A stretch of DNA of 64,000 nt, taken from IMG/VR virus record IMGVR_UViG_3300045049_000270; one strand, given 5' to 3'. A program made the position numbers and the translations under genes. Under the pieces are notes generated by a model. It did no database searches, was not told the origin of the DNA, and saw only the letters and a list, made by a program, of their open reading frames with translations. Shown piece by piece: positions 20,778-29,756 of this stretch. The stretch's first letter is position 1; every line of letters starts with the position of its first letter. The DNA is from a virus (taxonomy: Duplodnaviria; Heunggongvirae; Uroviricota; Caudoviricetes).

Positions 20778-21104
20778 TTGATTATGTGGAATATTACTGG
20801 CTTCGACAAACCCATGCTAAAGATTGAACCAATAGAAGCTGAGCTAGTCAGAGATTACTGCATGCGAGTAATCATAGAGACGCAGAAGATAAACGTTCCT
20901 GCTGCTTATCTACGTGAACATACTTGTTTTCATGAAGTAATTACTGATGATGAGCATAGTGAAGAAATTGAAGAGTGGCTATCGGAATTTGCACGAGAAG
21001 GTTCTTATTACTGTACGAACCTTTTCGGTCAAGGTGGAGCTTCCTGGTTATTCAATGATACCGAAACTGCCGCCATGTTTAAGTTGGCATTTGGCAAATT
21101 CTAA
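20778..21104 (+). CDS. FKL-motif family small protein
   Basis: EIEEWL...FNDTETAAMFKLAF. Confidence 0.65.
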   Translation: MIMWNITGFDKPMLKIEPIEAELVRDYCMRVIIETQKINVPAAYLREHTCFHEVITDDEHSEEIEEWLSEFAREGSYYCTNLFGQGGASWLFNDTETAAMFKLAFGKF

Positions 21105-21170
21105 AAACAATTTTGAACAAAAGCTGGCAAGCTGCATAATACTAAAAATAACACGGAGACACTCCTACAA

Positions 21171-21923
21171 ATGAGCAACACAAATACAAGAAATGTTATC
21201 CAAGACATCGTCAAGAAGATCGGTGGTCTTGGTTTCGTTGAACAAATCAAAGTAACTGGCACCGATCAAGAAACACGTATTGAAGCTGTAGATGCTGACA
21301 AAACGGTGATTATCAAGGCAAAGACAAATGAAGCACAAACTGAACTGATTGGTGAATTCGGCGTTGCAAACCTGCAATTGTTGAATGGTTTGCTTGGCTT
21401 TGCCAGCTATAAGACAGAGGATGCAACATTTAATGTCACACGTCGTGATGTCAATGGTAAATCAACACCAGAAGAATTTGAATTCCGTGATGCAAACGGT
21501 CTTGGTGCTAATTTCCGTCTCATGAGCGCACAATTGGTTGGTGATCAACCTCTGGTTGCTGACATCAAGTGGGACGTTACATTCGTCCCATCAAAGGCTA
21601 AGATTCAGGAATTTGCGGGTCTGGCTGGTTTGTATTCGCAATTCGATCAATACTTCTCAGTGAAGACCAAGGATGGCGCATTGGTGTTTTCAATTGGTGA
21701 AGAAGGGTCAGCAACACACCGCGCAAGCATGGTGTTTGAAGACACAGTTTCTGGTGAATTGAAGGGTGAATTGCTGTGGCCAATTTCACAATTCCTTTCG
21801 ATCCTGAAGAGCGCGGATGGTAACGAATACCATGTTGGCATTACTAGCAAGGGCGCATTGCTGGTTAATGTGACAACAGATTACGCGACTTACGAATATA
21901 TTCTTCCAGCACGTCGTCGATAA
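21171..21923 (+). CDS. DNA polymerase sliding clamp-like protein
   Basis: 250 aa, near the polymerase, beta-clamp/gp45-like pattern ending YEYILPA. Confidence 0.65.
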   Translation: MSNTNTRNVIQDIVKKIGGLGFVEQIKVTGTDQETRIEAVDADKTVIIKAKTNEAQTELIGEFGVANLQLLNGLLGFASYKTEDATFNVTRRDVNGKSTPEEFEFRDANGLGANFRLMSAQLVGDQPLVADIKWDVTFVPSKAKIQEFAGLAGLYSQFDQYFSVKTKDGALVFSIGEEGSATHRASMVFEDTVSGELKGELLWPISQFLSILKSADGNEYHVGITSKGALLVNVTTDYATYEYILPARRR

Positions 21924-21957
21924 AATGGGTGGGCCATGCAAATGGCCCACCATTCAT

Positions 21958-22320
21958 ATGATGTTTCAGATAAAAACCGACAACTACGGGTTAATTGATG
22001 TTAGTCAAACCAATCCTTTTGACGAAATGATGTATTCAGTCTTTAATGGTATTCAATTAAGTTATGACTGGTATGGTTCAGACATCAATTTAGAAGTTGT
22101 TGAAGAGTATAGCCATTTCTATATTGTTGAAATGGATCGTGTACGAGATCTCATCGACAACGATGCATACTTTCAGTTGCTTACAAATGCTGGCAAAGCA
22201 ATGAGCTGCTGGAACCTGTACAAAAAGGAAGAAAAGGGATCAATTACCATTCCTCAGCTTCACAGTTTGTATGGTTTCGTTAACGACCTAGACTTACTTC
22301 AATTTAAGTTGATGGTGTAA
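21958..22320 (+). CDS. FKL-motif family protein (divergent)
   Basis: C-terminal FVNDLDLLQFKLMV. Confidence 0.55.
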   Translation: MMFQIKTDNYGLIDVSQTNPFDEMMYSVFNGIQLSYDWYGSDINLEVVEEYSHFYIVEMDRVRDLIDNDAYFQLLTNAGKAMSCWNLYKKEEKGSITIPQLHSLYGFVNDLDLLQFKLMV

Positions 22321-22336
22321 CGAATAGTAGGAAATT

Positions 22337-22363
22337 AAAAGGCTCCCAACTGGGAGCCTTTTT
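22337..22363. terminator. bidirectional terminator
   Basis: AAAAGGCTCCCA-ac-TGGGAGCCTTTT between convergent genes. Confidence 0.8.
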
Positions 22364-22364
22364 G

Positions 22365-23000
22365 TTACTCGCTTACCTTAACACCAGTGTAAGGTTGTGT
22401 CTTAATTGCTTGCACTTTCAAACCTTGTTTGTCTTTAGTTGCCGCATCAGCGTAAAAAGCCAGGTTTCTAGCAGTCTTGGAGAGCTTCATCATCGTAGTC
22501 TTACTAGCTCTGATGTTCTTCTCACCATCCCCACCAAGGTAGTTTAAGCCAGCCTCAGGGGGTATAACGAACCCAAGCTGTGATGCGAAATTGAACAATG
22601 AAGCGTTGATGTGTTGAACGCCATCTCCTGAACCATTAACGATACAGCCAAATATTTTTCCATAAAGTGGACTGAAATCCTTGTCGATGTAGTAATCATC
22701 AACCCATGATAGTCGCTCAATAACTGCTTGAATCAAACTGGAATGATTGTCCCACCAAATTGGTGTGGCGAATACAAGAATGTCAGCATCAAGGATTTTC
22801 TTGAATAGTTCTGGGCTGTCATCCGGTTCTTGTGGTTGAAGTTTTGCCCCAGGAGAAAGATCAACGTTGCGCAAGTAAATATGTTCAGTTTCAACATCGT
22901 ACTTGCTCATTTCATCTGCCAACATTGAGCAAAGTATCGTTGTATTAGAATGCATCTCTTCTTTTCTAAGAGAACCATTTAGAATCAAAGCTTTCATCAT
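22365..23000 (-). CDS. flavodoxin-like NAD(P)H-dependent FMN reductase
   Basis: ALILNGSLR...SNT...ADILVFATPIWW...IERL; CATAAATA on the minus strand at 23025-23032. Confidence 0.85.
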   Translation of the reverse strand: MMKALILNGSLRKEEMHSNTTILCSMLADEMSKYDVETEHIYLRNVDLSPGAKLQPQEPDDSPELFKKILDADILVFATPIWWDNHSSLIQAVIERLSWVDDYYIDKDFSPLYGKIFGCIVNGSGDGVQHINASLFNFASQLGFVIPPEAGLNYLGGDGEKNIRASKTTMMKLSKTARNLAFYADAATKDKQGLKVQAIKTQPYTGVKVSE

Positions 23001-23094
23001 ACCACCTCTAAAGTTATATGCTACTATTTATGTCAAACATAAATTGCTGGTTTGCCAGATAACAGATAAAATATGGCAAAATTTAGAGTAAAGT

Positions 23095-23661
23095 ATGAAT
23101 TTTCTCATTGATCCAACAGATGTGACTAAGTTCAACCGCACCGACGGTGAATTGCAACTATTTTTCCTTTTCTGTCAAACAGTTGCAGGCAAAACGGCAA
23201 AAGTACAAGCAAAGCTTCTAGATGCTTTCCTAAGAGCTGGTGATGGCGATACTCCATTCGCAATCATTCAAGATATGGTTGATCGTGGAATTCTACTTGG
23301 CAAACTCAAGGAAAGTCGCTTGGGTCAATATAATCGCCTGGCTTCTGGTTTTGAAGAGAGTTTGAAACTTGATTTGCGTGCCGCCACCTTAGATGAAATC
23401 ATGAAGATCAAAGGTATTGGTAATAAAACTGCTAGATTCTTTTTACTACATTCACGCCCCGATCAGGACATTGCCGTCCTGGATGTTCATATCCTCAAGT
23501 ATCTACGTTCACAAGGATTTGATGCTCCCAAGCAGACACCAGGTAATAAGCAATATTTAGAGCTTGAGAAAGAGTTCTTGAAATTAGCTGAACAAAATAA
23601 TATGTCACCAGCAGACTTCGATCTAATGCTGTGGACAAAATATAGTCAAGGAACAATATGA
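23095..23661 (+). CDS. HhH DNA glycosylase/AP lyase (8-oxoguanine glycosylase-like)
   Basis: IKGIGNKTARFFL HhH motif; AVLDVHIL; YLELE; DLMLW. Confidence 0.8.
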   Translation: MNFLIDPTDVTKFNRTDGELQLFFLFCQTVAGKTAKVQAKLLDAFLRAGDGDTPFAIIQDMVDRGILLGKLKESRLGQYNRLASGFEESLKLDLRAATLDEIMKIKGIGNKTARFFLLHSRPDQDIAVLDVHILKYLRSQGFDAPKQTPGNKQYLELEKEFLKLAEQNNMSPADFDLMLWTKYSQGTI

Positions 23662-24074
23662 ATTATATTCCAACTCCAGTAATGAGTTATCATTTTAAGG
23701 CGAGATTTCAAAGCCTAACTGCTGTCTTATCTGGTATTGACCTGAATGTGCTATCAGTGCAATTGTGTTCAATCTCTGGGGTTGAATTATTGAATCCTGG
23801 CGTTGTTAAATTCCAAATTCGTACAGATGCTGACAATTTGGTAATCAAGGCACTAACCGCTATCATAGAGACCCAAACTGTACATGCTATTACAAATGGC
23901 GTTGATATTGAAATTTCTTTGGTAAATGGTGGCGGCAATGATATTTTCACAGTGCAGCTGATTGAACCTGAAATTGTGAGTATTCGATTGGCCAATTTGG
24001 ACTATAGCCTTAATGAATCAACATTGTTTGAAGTAGATATCAAATATAACGGAACAAATTATGTCACAGCCTAA
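23658..24074 (+). CDS. tail-tube-like hypothetical protein
   Basis: YHFKARF...LANLDYS...EVDIKY resembles tail tube protein termini. Confidence 0.35.
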   Translation: MNYIPTPVMSYHFKARFQSLTAVLSGIDLNVLSVQLCSISGVELLNPGVVKFQIRTDADNLVIKALTAIIETQTVHAITNGVDIEISLVNGGGNDIFTVQLIEPEIVSIRLANLDYSLNESTLFEVDIKYNGTNYVTA

Positions 24075-24444
24075 CAAACTAATCTTCGTAACTTTCGAAA
24101 AGGAAGGAATTCACAAATATCCAGCCGCACTTACGGATCCCAATCTGGCTACTGGTGATGAATACGATGTGAGCTTCCTTGGTTATCCTCATCGCCATAT
24201 GTTCCACTTTCGTGTTACTATCGAGATTGAACATTTGGATCGAGCAATTGAATTTATTCAATTTAAACGATGGTTAGAGAATTTGTATGGCAAGGATGCA
24301 ATTCTGCAACTCGATTATAAATCATGTGAAATGCTATGCCAAGATTTGTATGAACAAATCACAAACAGATATCCTGGCAGATGGATCCAAATAGAAATTT
24401 CTGAGGATGGCGAGAATGGGGCTATTCTGACGTTTCCCGTCTAA
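24061..24444 (+). CDS. queD: QueD-like 6-carboxytetrahydropterin synthase (T-fold)
   Basis: HRHMFHF, KSCEM and EISEDGENGA motifs; folE and queE nearby. Confidence 0.7.
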   Translation: MSQPNKLIFVTFEKEGIHKYPAALTDPNLATGDEYDVSFLGYPHRHMFHFRVTIEIEHLDRAIEFIQFKRWLENLYGKDAILQLDYKSCEMLCQDLYEQITNRYPGRWIQIEISEDGENGAILTFPV

Positions 24445-24534
24445 TAGCCAACTCAGTTGAGAATAAATGTAGGAGATCTTGTAGAGCTCCTACTTTAAAA
24501 GATTCAGTTTTGTAATCACCACCCTTTGGATAAT

Positions 24535-24939
24535 ATGACTGAGCAGTACATAGATTTTGAAGAAGACGTGCGAAAGTACCCAGAGTTTATTCAGCTTATG
24601 GCTGACGACGATTTCTGCATTGAACTATGGACTGCTTTTGCCAATGTTGATTGGTATAAGAAGTATGATAGTTCTTTGCCAACGACTGCCGAACAAGTTG
24701 AATTTGCATTGACCGAAGATTTTGAGCATAGAACTTGGGGAGCCAGTTTTCGTGGGATGGGCGGGGTTATAGCTGACATTAGAAATGAATTTCACGGTAC
24801 TGCTGAGGACTATATGACATGGTATTGTCGTAATCACAACAATCCATATGGATATGTGAGTGACCGAGTTCGAGAAGCTTTAAACAAAATTGGCTGGTTC
24901 CCAGTAGAATGCCAAACATATAAAGAGGCAAATCATTAA
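24535..24939 (+). CDS. hypothetical phage protein
   Basis: Open ORF with WGASFRGMGGVIADIR...DYMTWYC; TAATG-coupled to the next gene. Confidence 0.6.
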   Translation: MTEQYIDFEEDVRKYPEFIQLMADDDFCIELWTAFANVDWYKKYDSSLPTTAEQVEFALTEDFEHRTWGASFRGMGGVIADIRNEFHGTAEDYMTWYCRNHNNPYGYVSDRVREALNKIGWFPVECQTYKEANH

Positions 24940-26027
24940 TGAGTACGATTTACGTTGTTTCACTTGAATCTATACCCACTAGATATACTTGCGAATGGCT
25001 AGAAGGAATCCCCACAGCAATTCGCGCATTTGCAGCAGAACATAATGTCGATGTCGATGTTGTGAATATTGTTGGTGATGACAATGAAATGCTGACAACG
25101 CCTGGTGCATTCATCAATTTTGCTGGCACTAACAAATGGAAGAGTGAGCAATCGATTAAGATTGCTAAACTCATTTCAGAAGGAAAAATCAAGGATGGTG
25201 ATAAGTTTCTGTTCACTGATGCGTGGAATCCTGTGATTCTGCAGACCAAATATATGATTGATTTGCTTGGTATCAAGGCAGAAATGTATGGCATCTGGCA
25301 TGCTGGACAATATGATTCACAAGATTTTTTGGGGCGATTGATTCCTGACAAGCGTTGGGCGCGCAATACCGAAGAGGCAATTTTCTGGGCATTGGACAAA
25401 AACATCTATGCCACTTCATTCCATGTTGGTTTGTTCAGCCAAGGTGTTTTGAGCAAGAGTGTTGACTTTCAAAATACCGACAATTCGCGTATTTTGATAT
25501 CAGGCCAACCACATGAAGGTTTGGTTCAGCATTTGACTAGTTTGCCAAGTCTTAACAAGCGTGACATGATTTTGTTTGGTCATCGTAAAGCACCCGAAAA
25601 GCAACACGACATTTTCGCAGACTTGCAAAAGTCTATGCCAGAATATGAATTCGTTACAGCACAAGATAAACAGCTCACCAAAGCAGAATATCACCAATTG
25701 CTTTGCGAAGCGAAACTTGTGTTTAGCGCAAACTTACAAGAAACTCTGGGTATTAGCCAAGTAGAAGGCATTTTATGCAATGCGTTCTCAATGAATCCAG
25801 ATCGCCTTTCTTATAAGGAAATGTTCCTGAGTGAATTCAAGTATCCATCAGAGTGGACGGAAAGTTTCGATTCATATTTGGAACACAAAGAAGAAATCAT
25901 GGCGTATATTCGTAATGTCATGAAAAATTATCAATCGTATTTGCCCATTATTCAATTGCAGAAAGAACGTTTGATTAATGATTTCTTCACCGCCGATGTA
26001 ATGTATAGCAAATTGCTTGGCATTTAA
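24939..26027 (+). CDS. GT-B fold glycosyltransferase
   Basis: HRKAPEKQ and SANLQETLGIS..EG motifs (GT4-like E-x7-E). Confidence 0.75.
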   Translation: MSTIYVVSLESIPTRYTCEWLEGIPTAIRAFAAEHNVDVDVVNIVGDDNEMLTTPGAFINFAGTNKWKSEQSIKIAKLISEGKIKDGDKFLFTDAWNPVILQTKYMIDLLGIKAEMYGIWHAGQYDSQDFLGRLIPDKRWARNTEEAIFWALDKNIYATSFHVGLFSQGVLSKSVDFQNTDNSRILISGQPHEGLVQHLTSLPSLNKRDMILFGHRKAPEKQHDIFADLQKSMPEYEFVTAQDKQLTKAEYHQLLCEAKLVFSANLQETLGISQVEGILCNAFSMNPDRLSYKEMFLSEFKYPSEWTESFDSYLEHKEEIMAYIRNVMKNYQSYLPIIQLQKERLINDFFTADVMYSKLLGI

Positions 26028-26030
26028 ATT

Positions 26031-26059
26031 TTGACACTGGCAGGAAGCTGGTTTACAAT
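26031..26059 (+). promoter_or_regulatory. sigma70-like promoter, followed by CTAAATA late motif
   Basis: TTGACA-N17-TACAAT; TAAATA at 26062. Confidence 0.6.
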
Positions 26060-26147
26060 GCTAAATAGAAGTAGAGATGGCACGAGGTTGTCTCTACTCT
26101 CTATAGCAAGAGGCTGTAGTAGAATAATAATGCAATAAGAGGTTGCA

Positions 26148-26828
26148 ATGTCTTTCAATAAAACAAAAACCGACCCTGTTCTGGGTCAAGAAATCCACAA
26201 ACATCTGCTGTCACTTGGTATCGAAACCCCAACCATTGATAATGGTTTGACTATCAAACAAAAAGTTAGTAAGATCGAAAAGCACTTCAAATCAATTATG
26301 GAGACTTTGGGTCTTGATTTGACTGACGACAGTCTTTCTGAAACACCACTCCGAGTTGCTAAGATGTATTGCAGTGAAATCTTCTGGGGTTTGGATCCAG
26401 AAAACTTCCCAAAATGCACAACAGTTGATAACAAAATGCTATATAATCAGATGTTGGTAGAAGAAGATATCACGATTAAATCATTTTGTGAACATCACGC
26501 TCTGCCAATTATTGGCGTAGCAACTGTTGCATATATTCCAAATCAAAAGGTTCTAGGCTTATCCAAGCTTAATCGTATTTGCGAATATTTTTCACGTCGT
26601 CCCCAAATCCAAGAACGTCTTACTGAGCAAATTTTTCATGCTTTAAAACACATTCTTGGTACAGATAATGTCGCAGTCATGATCGATGGTGCTCACACGT
26701 GTGTGAGTATGCGTGGTGTCGAGGATGAAACTTCACGTACAACAACATCAAAGCTCGGTGGGGATTTTAAGGAAAATCCAATGGTGCGAGCTGAATTCAT
26801 GCAAATTGCAACGCGTATTCGTAAATAA
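26148..26828 (+). CDS. folE: GTP cyclohydrolase I
   Basis: ETPLRVAKMY, CEHH, GLSKLNR, RRPQIQERLT, HTCVSMRG. Confidence 0.96.
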   Translation: MSFNKTKTDPVLGQEIHKHLLSLGIETPTIDNGLTIKQKVSKIEKHFKSIMETLGLDLTDDSLSETPLRVAKMYCSEIFWGLDPENFPKCTTVDNKMLYNQMLVEEDITIKSFCEHHALPIIGVATVAYIPNQKVLGLSKLNRICEYFSRRPQIQERLTEQIFHALKHILGTDNVAVMIDGAHTCVSMRGVEDETSRTTTSKLGGDFKENPMVRAEFMQIATRIRK

Positions 26829-27664
26829 TGTTCAATTCTGACTTTATAAACAAGGTCAAAGAGTTGATACCAAATTTTCCCGAGATCCATAGTGGTCTCG
26901 GGAGATCTGAACGAAAACGAGAACAATTCAGGATTTTATTAGCCAATTCAGAATATTCTGATCTTTTACGATATAGTTTATATGATGCTTATTATTTGAT
27001 AAGCTCTGGATTACGTAGTTTTCCCAAATGCTCAAATCCAAAATGCTCTAATGAAATAACAGGACGTCATAAACCAAAATATTGTTGCATGGCTTGTTAC
27101 GAATCCGACGACGTAGCAAACAATAATCTATCAAAAATAAAAGAAGATTTATATGCTAACCCTATTTGGAAAGAGCAGACTGAATCTAAAAGAAAAACAA
27201 CGAATGTAGATCGATTTGGATGTGAACATCCAATGCAAAATCCGGAATTCTTTGAGAAGTATGAAAAGGCATCATTTCAAGCCAAAGAACACGCAGGTAT
27301 GACTGGTCTAAGAGGCTATGAACCAATAGTTTTAGATTATTTTATGTCTTTGGGATTTTCGCCTAACAAAGATATTGTAAATGGCACGACCGCATTGAAA
27401 ATACAAAATTGGAAATTTGTTGGAAAGAATGGTAATTATCAGCTGCCAGACTTCTATCTACCAGCCTATGCCACTTTTGTTGAGGTCAAGAGCGATTATA
27501 CTTTGCAAAAAGATCATGAAAAGATATCTGAATTGCTCGAAATATTTGAACCTATAGGTCTTGATTATCTAGTAATCATTGTTCGAAATGGTATGTTATA
27601 CGAATATGATCTACAAAATCGAACTGAAAAAGTCTTACACCTTGGACACATTTCCAAATTATGA
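26828..27664 (+). CDS. free-standing putative homing endonuclease (Zn-binding + PD-(D/E)xK)
   Basis: C..PKC...YCC..C; RKTTNVDRFGCEHPMQN; YQLPDFYLP...FVEVKS. Confidence 0.65.
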   Translation: MFNSDFINKVKELIPNFPEIHSGLGRSERKREQFRILLANSEYSDLLRYSLYDAYYLISSGLRSFPKCSNPKCSNEITGRHKPKYCCMACYESDDVANNNLSKIKEDLYANPIWKEQTESKRKTTNVDRFGCEHPMQNPEFFEKYEKASFQAKEHAGMTGLRGYEPIVLDYFMSLGFSPNKDIVNGTTALKIQNWKFVGKNGNYQLPDFYLPAYATFVEVKSDYTLQKDHEKISELLEIFEPIGLDYLVIIVRNGMLYEYDLQNRTEKVLHLGHISKL

Positions 27665-28146
27665 TAACAAAACAATACATCACATATGAAGATATGATGC
27701 ACAAACATCTGGGTAATATCTTCCGCCAAATGGCCATCGATGAATTCAAACCAGAAGTCGTGATTGGCATCACACGTGGTGGCCTAGTACCAGCGGTTCA
27801 TGCTAGTCATTATTTCGATGTTCCGCTCCGTACCGTTCATATCAGTTTGCGTGATCATCCCCACAGCGAATCACTGGCCGAAGTTCAAAAGTTGGTGAAT
27901 GCCGGCAAACGTGTTCTGTTTGTAGATGAAATCTGCGATGAAGGTGAAACGCTGCGTTTGATTAGCGATGAACTAATTCGCAATTTTCGTGAAACACAAG
28001 AAGGCGTTGAACAACCACAATTGTGCGTGAAGTATGCGGTGCTAGTTCACAATCTTGGTGGTCGACGCTTCGAGCCCGATTACGTTGGTGAAGAAATAAA
28101 CAAAACTGAGAAGCCAGTCTGGGTAGTCTACCCTTGGGAGTACTGA
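27661..28146 (+). CDS. purine phosphoribosyltransferase (Gpt-like)
   Basis: IGITRGGLVPA, VLFVDEICDEGETL PRPP loop, WVVYPWE. Confidence 0.85.
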   Translation: MITKQYITYEDMMHKHLGNIFRQMAIDEFKPEVVIGITRGGLVPAVHASHYFDVPLRTVHISLRDHPHSESLAEVQKLVNAGKRVLFVDEICDEGETLRLISDELIRNFRETQEGVEQPQLCVKYAVLVHNLGGRRFEPDYVGEEINKTEKPVWVVYPWEY

Positions 28147-28163
28147 TCCACTCTGAGTAGCGA

Positions 28164-28189
28164 AGGTTGCCAGTCTAAAGTAGACTGGC
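28164..28189 (+). repeat. 26-bp stem-loop repeat, copy 1 (upstream of dadA)
   Basis: AGGTTGCCAGTCT-aaag-TAGACTGGC. Confidence 0.8.
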
Positions 28190-28210
28190 ATATCTTTTTC
28201 TGAGGTCGGT

Positions 28211-29473
28211 ATGACTACTATCGGAATCATCGGTGCGGGCATCACTGGAGTGACCACCGCTTACTACCTTGCAAAGCAAGGTTATCAAGTAATTGTATTT
28301 GACAAGCATCCGTATGCTGCGATGCAAACGTCATATGCGAATGGTGGCCAACTGAGTGTGAGTAATTCGGAAGTTTGGACGAACTGGGTGACCCTCAAGA
28401 AGGGCATGAAGTGGATGTTCCGTAAGGATGCTCCGCTGCTGTTCAATCCATCACCAAGCCTCCCAAAGTACAAATGGATGGCTGGCTTCCTTTTGAACAC
28501 CTTGAAAGGTCAAACGAATTTCGACAAATACACGCGTGCCACGATCAAGTATGGTCTTGAAGCACGAGAACTTTACTATCAGATTGCGGAAGAGGAAGGC
28601 ATTTCATTTGATTTGTTAAAGCGTGGCATTCTTCACTTTTATCGTGATGAATCAACATTGGCCGCCGCCGAGAAATCATGTGAATATTTTCAAGCTGCTG
28701 GTGTTGATAGACATATGATCTCAGCCGACGAAGTAATCAAATTAGAACCTGCCCTTGTTCCAATCAAAGATACGATTCTTGGTGGTACATACACACCAGA
28801 TGATGCTAGTGGTGACATTCACAAGTTCTGCTTGGAACTTACGGAAGTATTGAAAATCAAATATGGCGTTACTTTTGCATATGATACAGAAGTAACAAGT
28901 ATCAAAACCATTGCCGAATTGATATTTCTGAATGTCAAAACCCGCCATCCTGGAATATTCACAAATCAGCAAATTATACTCCATCATTTGGTTATCTGTG
29001 CTGGTGCTGATAGCTCTATACTCGGAAGTATGATTGGTGACTCAGTTAATGTGTATCCAATCAAAGGCTACAGTATCACAATTCCATTGAATGATGCAAA
29101 AAGCCAAGCAAGTGCTCCAACCATTAGTTTGCTTGATGAAGCAACAAAGATCGTGTCATCGCGACTTGGTGATCGTTTGCGTGTTGCAGGTACCGCAGAA
29201 CTGGCTGATTGGAACTATGACATTCGACAAGATCGTATTAAGCCACTCATTGAATGGACTAGAACTTGTTTTCCTGATGTTGATATTGAGAATGTTATTC
29301 CGTGGGCTGGTCTACGTCCAATGACAACAACGATGTTCCCAATTATTCGCTCCGCAAAGACAACTGATCTGATTACATTCAATACTGGTCACGGCCATCT
29401 GGGCTGGACACTCAGTGCAGCTACAGCGAAAGAGACGGCTGAGCTCATTTGGAACAAAGCCAACGGCGTTTAA
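28211..29473 (+). CDS. dadA: D-amino acid dehydrogenase (FAD-dependent)
   Basis: IIGAGITG, TSYANGGQLS, YPIKGYSIT, RLRVAGTAE, WAGLRPMT, NTGHGHLGWTLS. Confidence 0.9.
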   Translation: MTTIGIIGAGITGVTTAYYLAKQGYQVIVFDKHPYAAMQTSYANGGQLSVSNSEVWTNWVTLKKGMKWMFRKDAPLLFNPSPSLPKYKWMAGFLLNTLKGQTNFDKYTRATIKYGLEARELYYQIAEEEGISFDLLKRGILHFYRDESTLAAAEKSCEYFQAAGVDRHMISADEVIKLEPALVPIKDTILGGTYTPDDASGDIHKFCLELTEVLKIKYGVTFAYDTEVTSIKTIAELIFLNVKTRHPGIFTNQQIILHHLVICAGADSSILGSMIGDSVNVYPIKGYSITIPLNDAKSQASAPTISLLDEATKIVSSRLGDRLRVAGTAELADWNYDIRQDRIKPLIEWTRTCFPDVDIENVIPWAGLRPMTTTMFPIIRSAKTTDLITFNTGHGHLGWTLSAATAKETAELIWNKANGV

Positions 29474-29478
29474 TGCAT

Positions 29479-29504
29479 AGGTTGCCAGTCTTTGCTAGAC
29501 TGGC
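29479..29504 (+). repeat. 26-bp stem-loop repeat, copy 2 (downstream of dadA)
   Basis: AGGTTGCCAGTCT-ttgc-TAGACTGGC; identical to copy 1 except in the central 4 nt. Confidence 0.8.
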
Positions 29505-29521
29505 TGCTTATAGGAACAATT

Positions 29522-29749
29522 ATGTCAGAACAACTCAAATTCAATTACGCGGTGGGTCGTCCTTGGAAGGCCAACGAACCTGAAGGTGCAGTTGCTACAT
29601 ACATGATGGGCAACAACGAAGTCTTCTTTGGTCACTTGAGTGACGCAAAAGGCTTTCAGCATTATTGCAATTCAAAGCTCACGGATGAAGAGCTGAAACG
29701 TAATCCGTACCGGATCTACAAACTGGTTGAATTGACAGACTACGAATAA
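29522..29749 (+). CDS. hypothetical protein
   Basis: ATG 29522 after AGGA. Confidence 0.6.
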   Translation: MSEQLKFNYAVGRPWKANEPEGAVATYMMGNNEVFFGHLSDAKGFQHYCNSKLTDEELKRNPYRIYKLVELTDYE

Positions 29750-29756
29750 GAACAAA

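Noticed and set aside
26083-26125. preQ1-I riboswitch resemblance (GAGGTT...CTCTATA) before folE
   Set aside because: Lacks the A-rich 3' tail and pseudoknot pairing; kept only as a generic structured leader.
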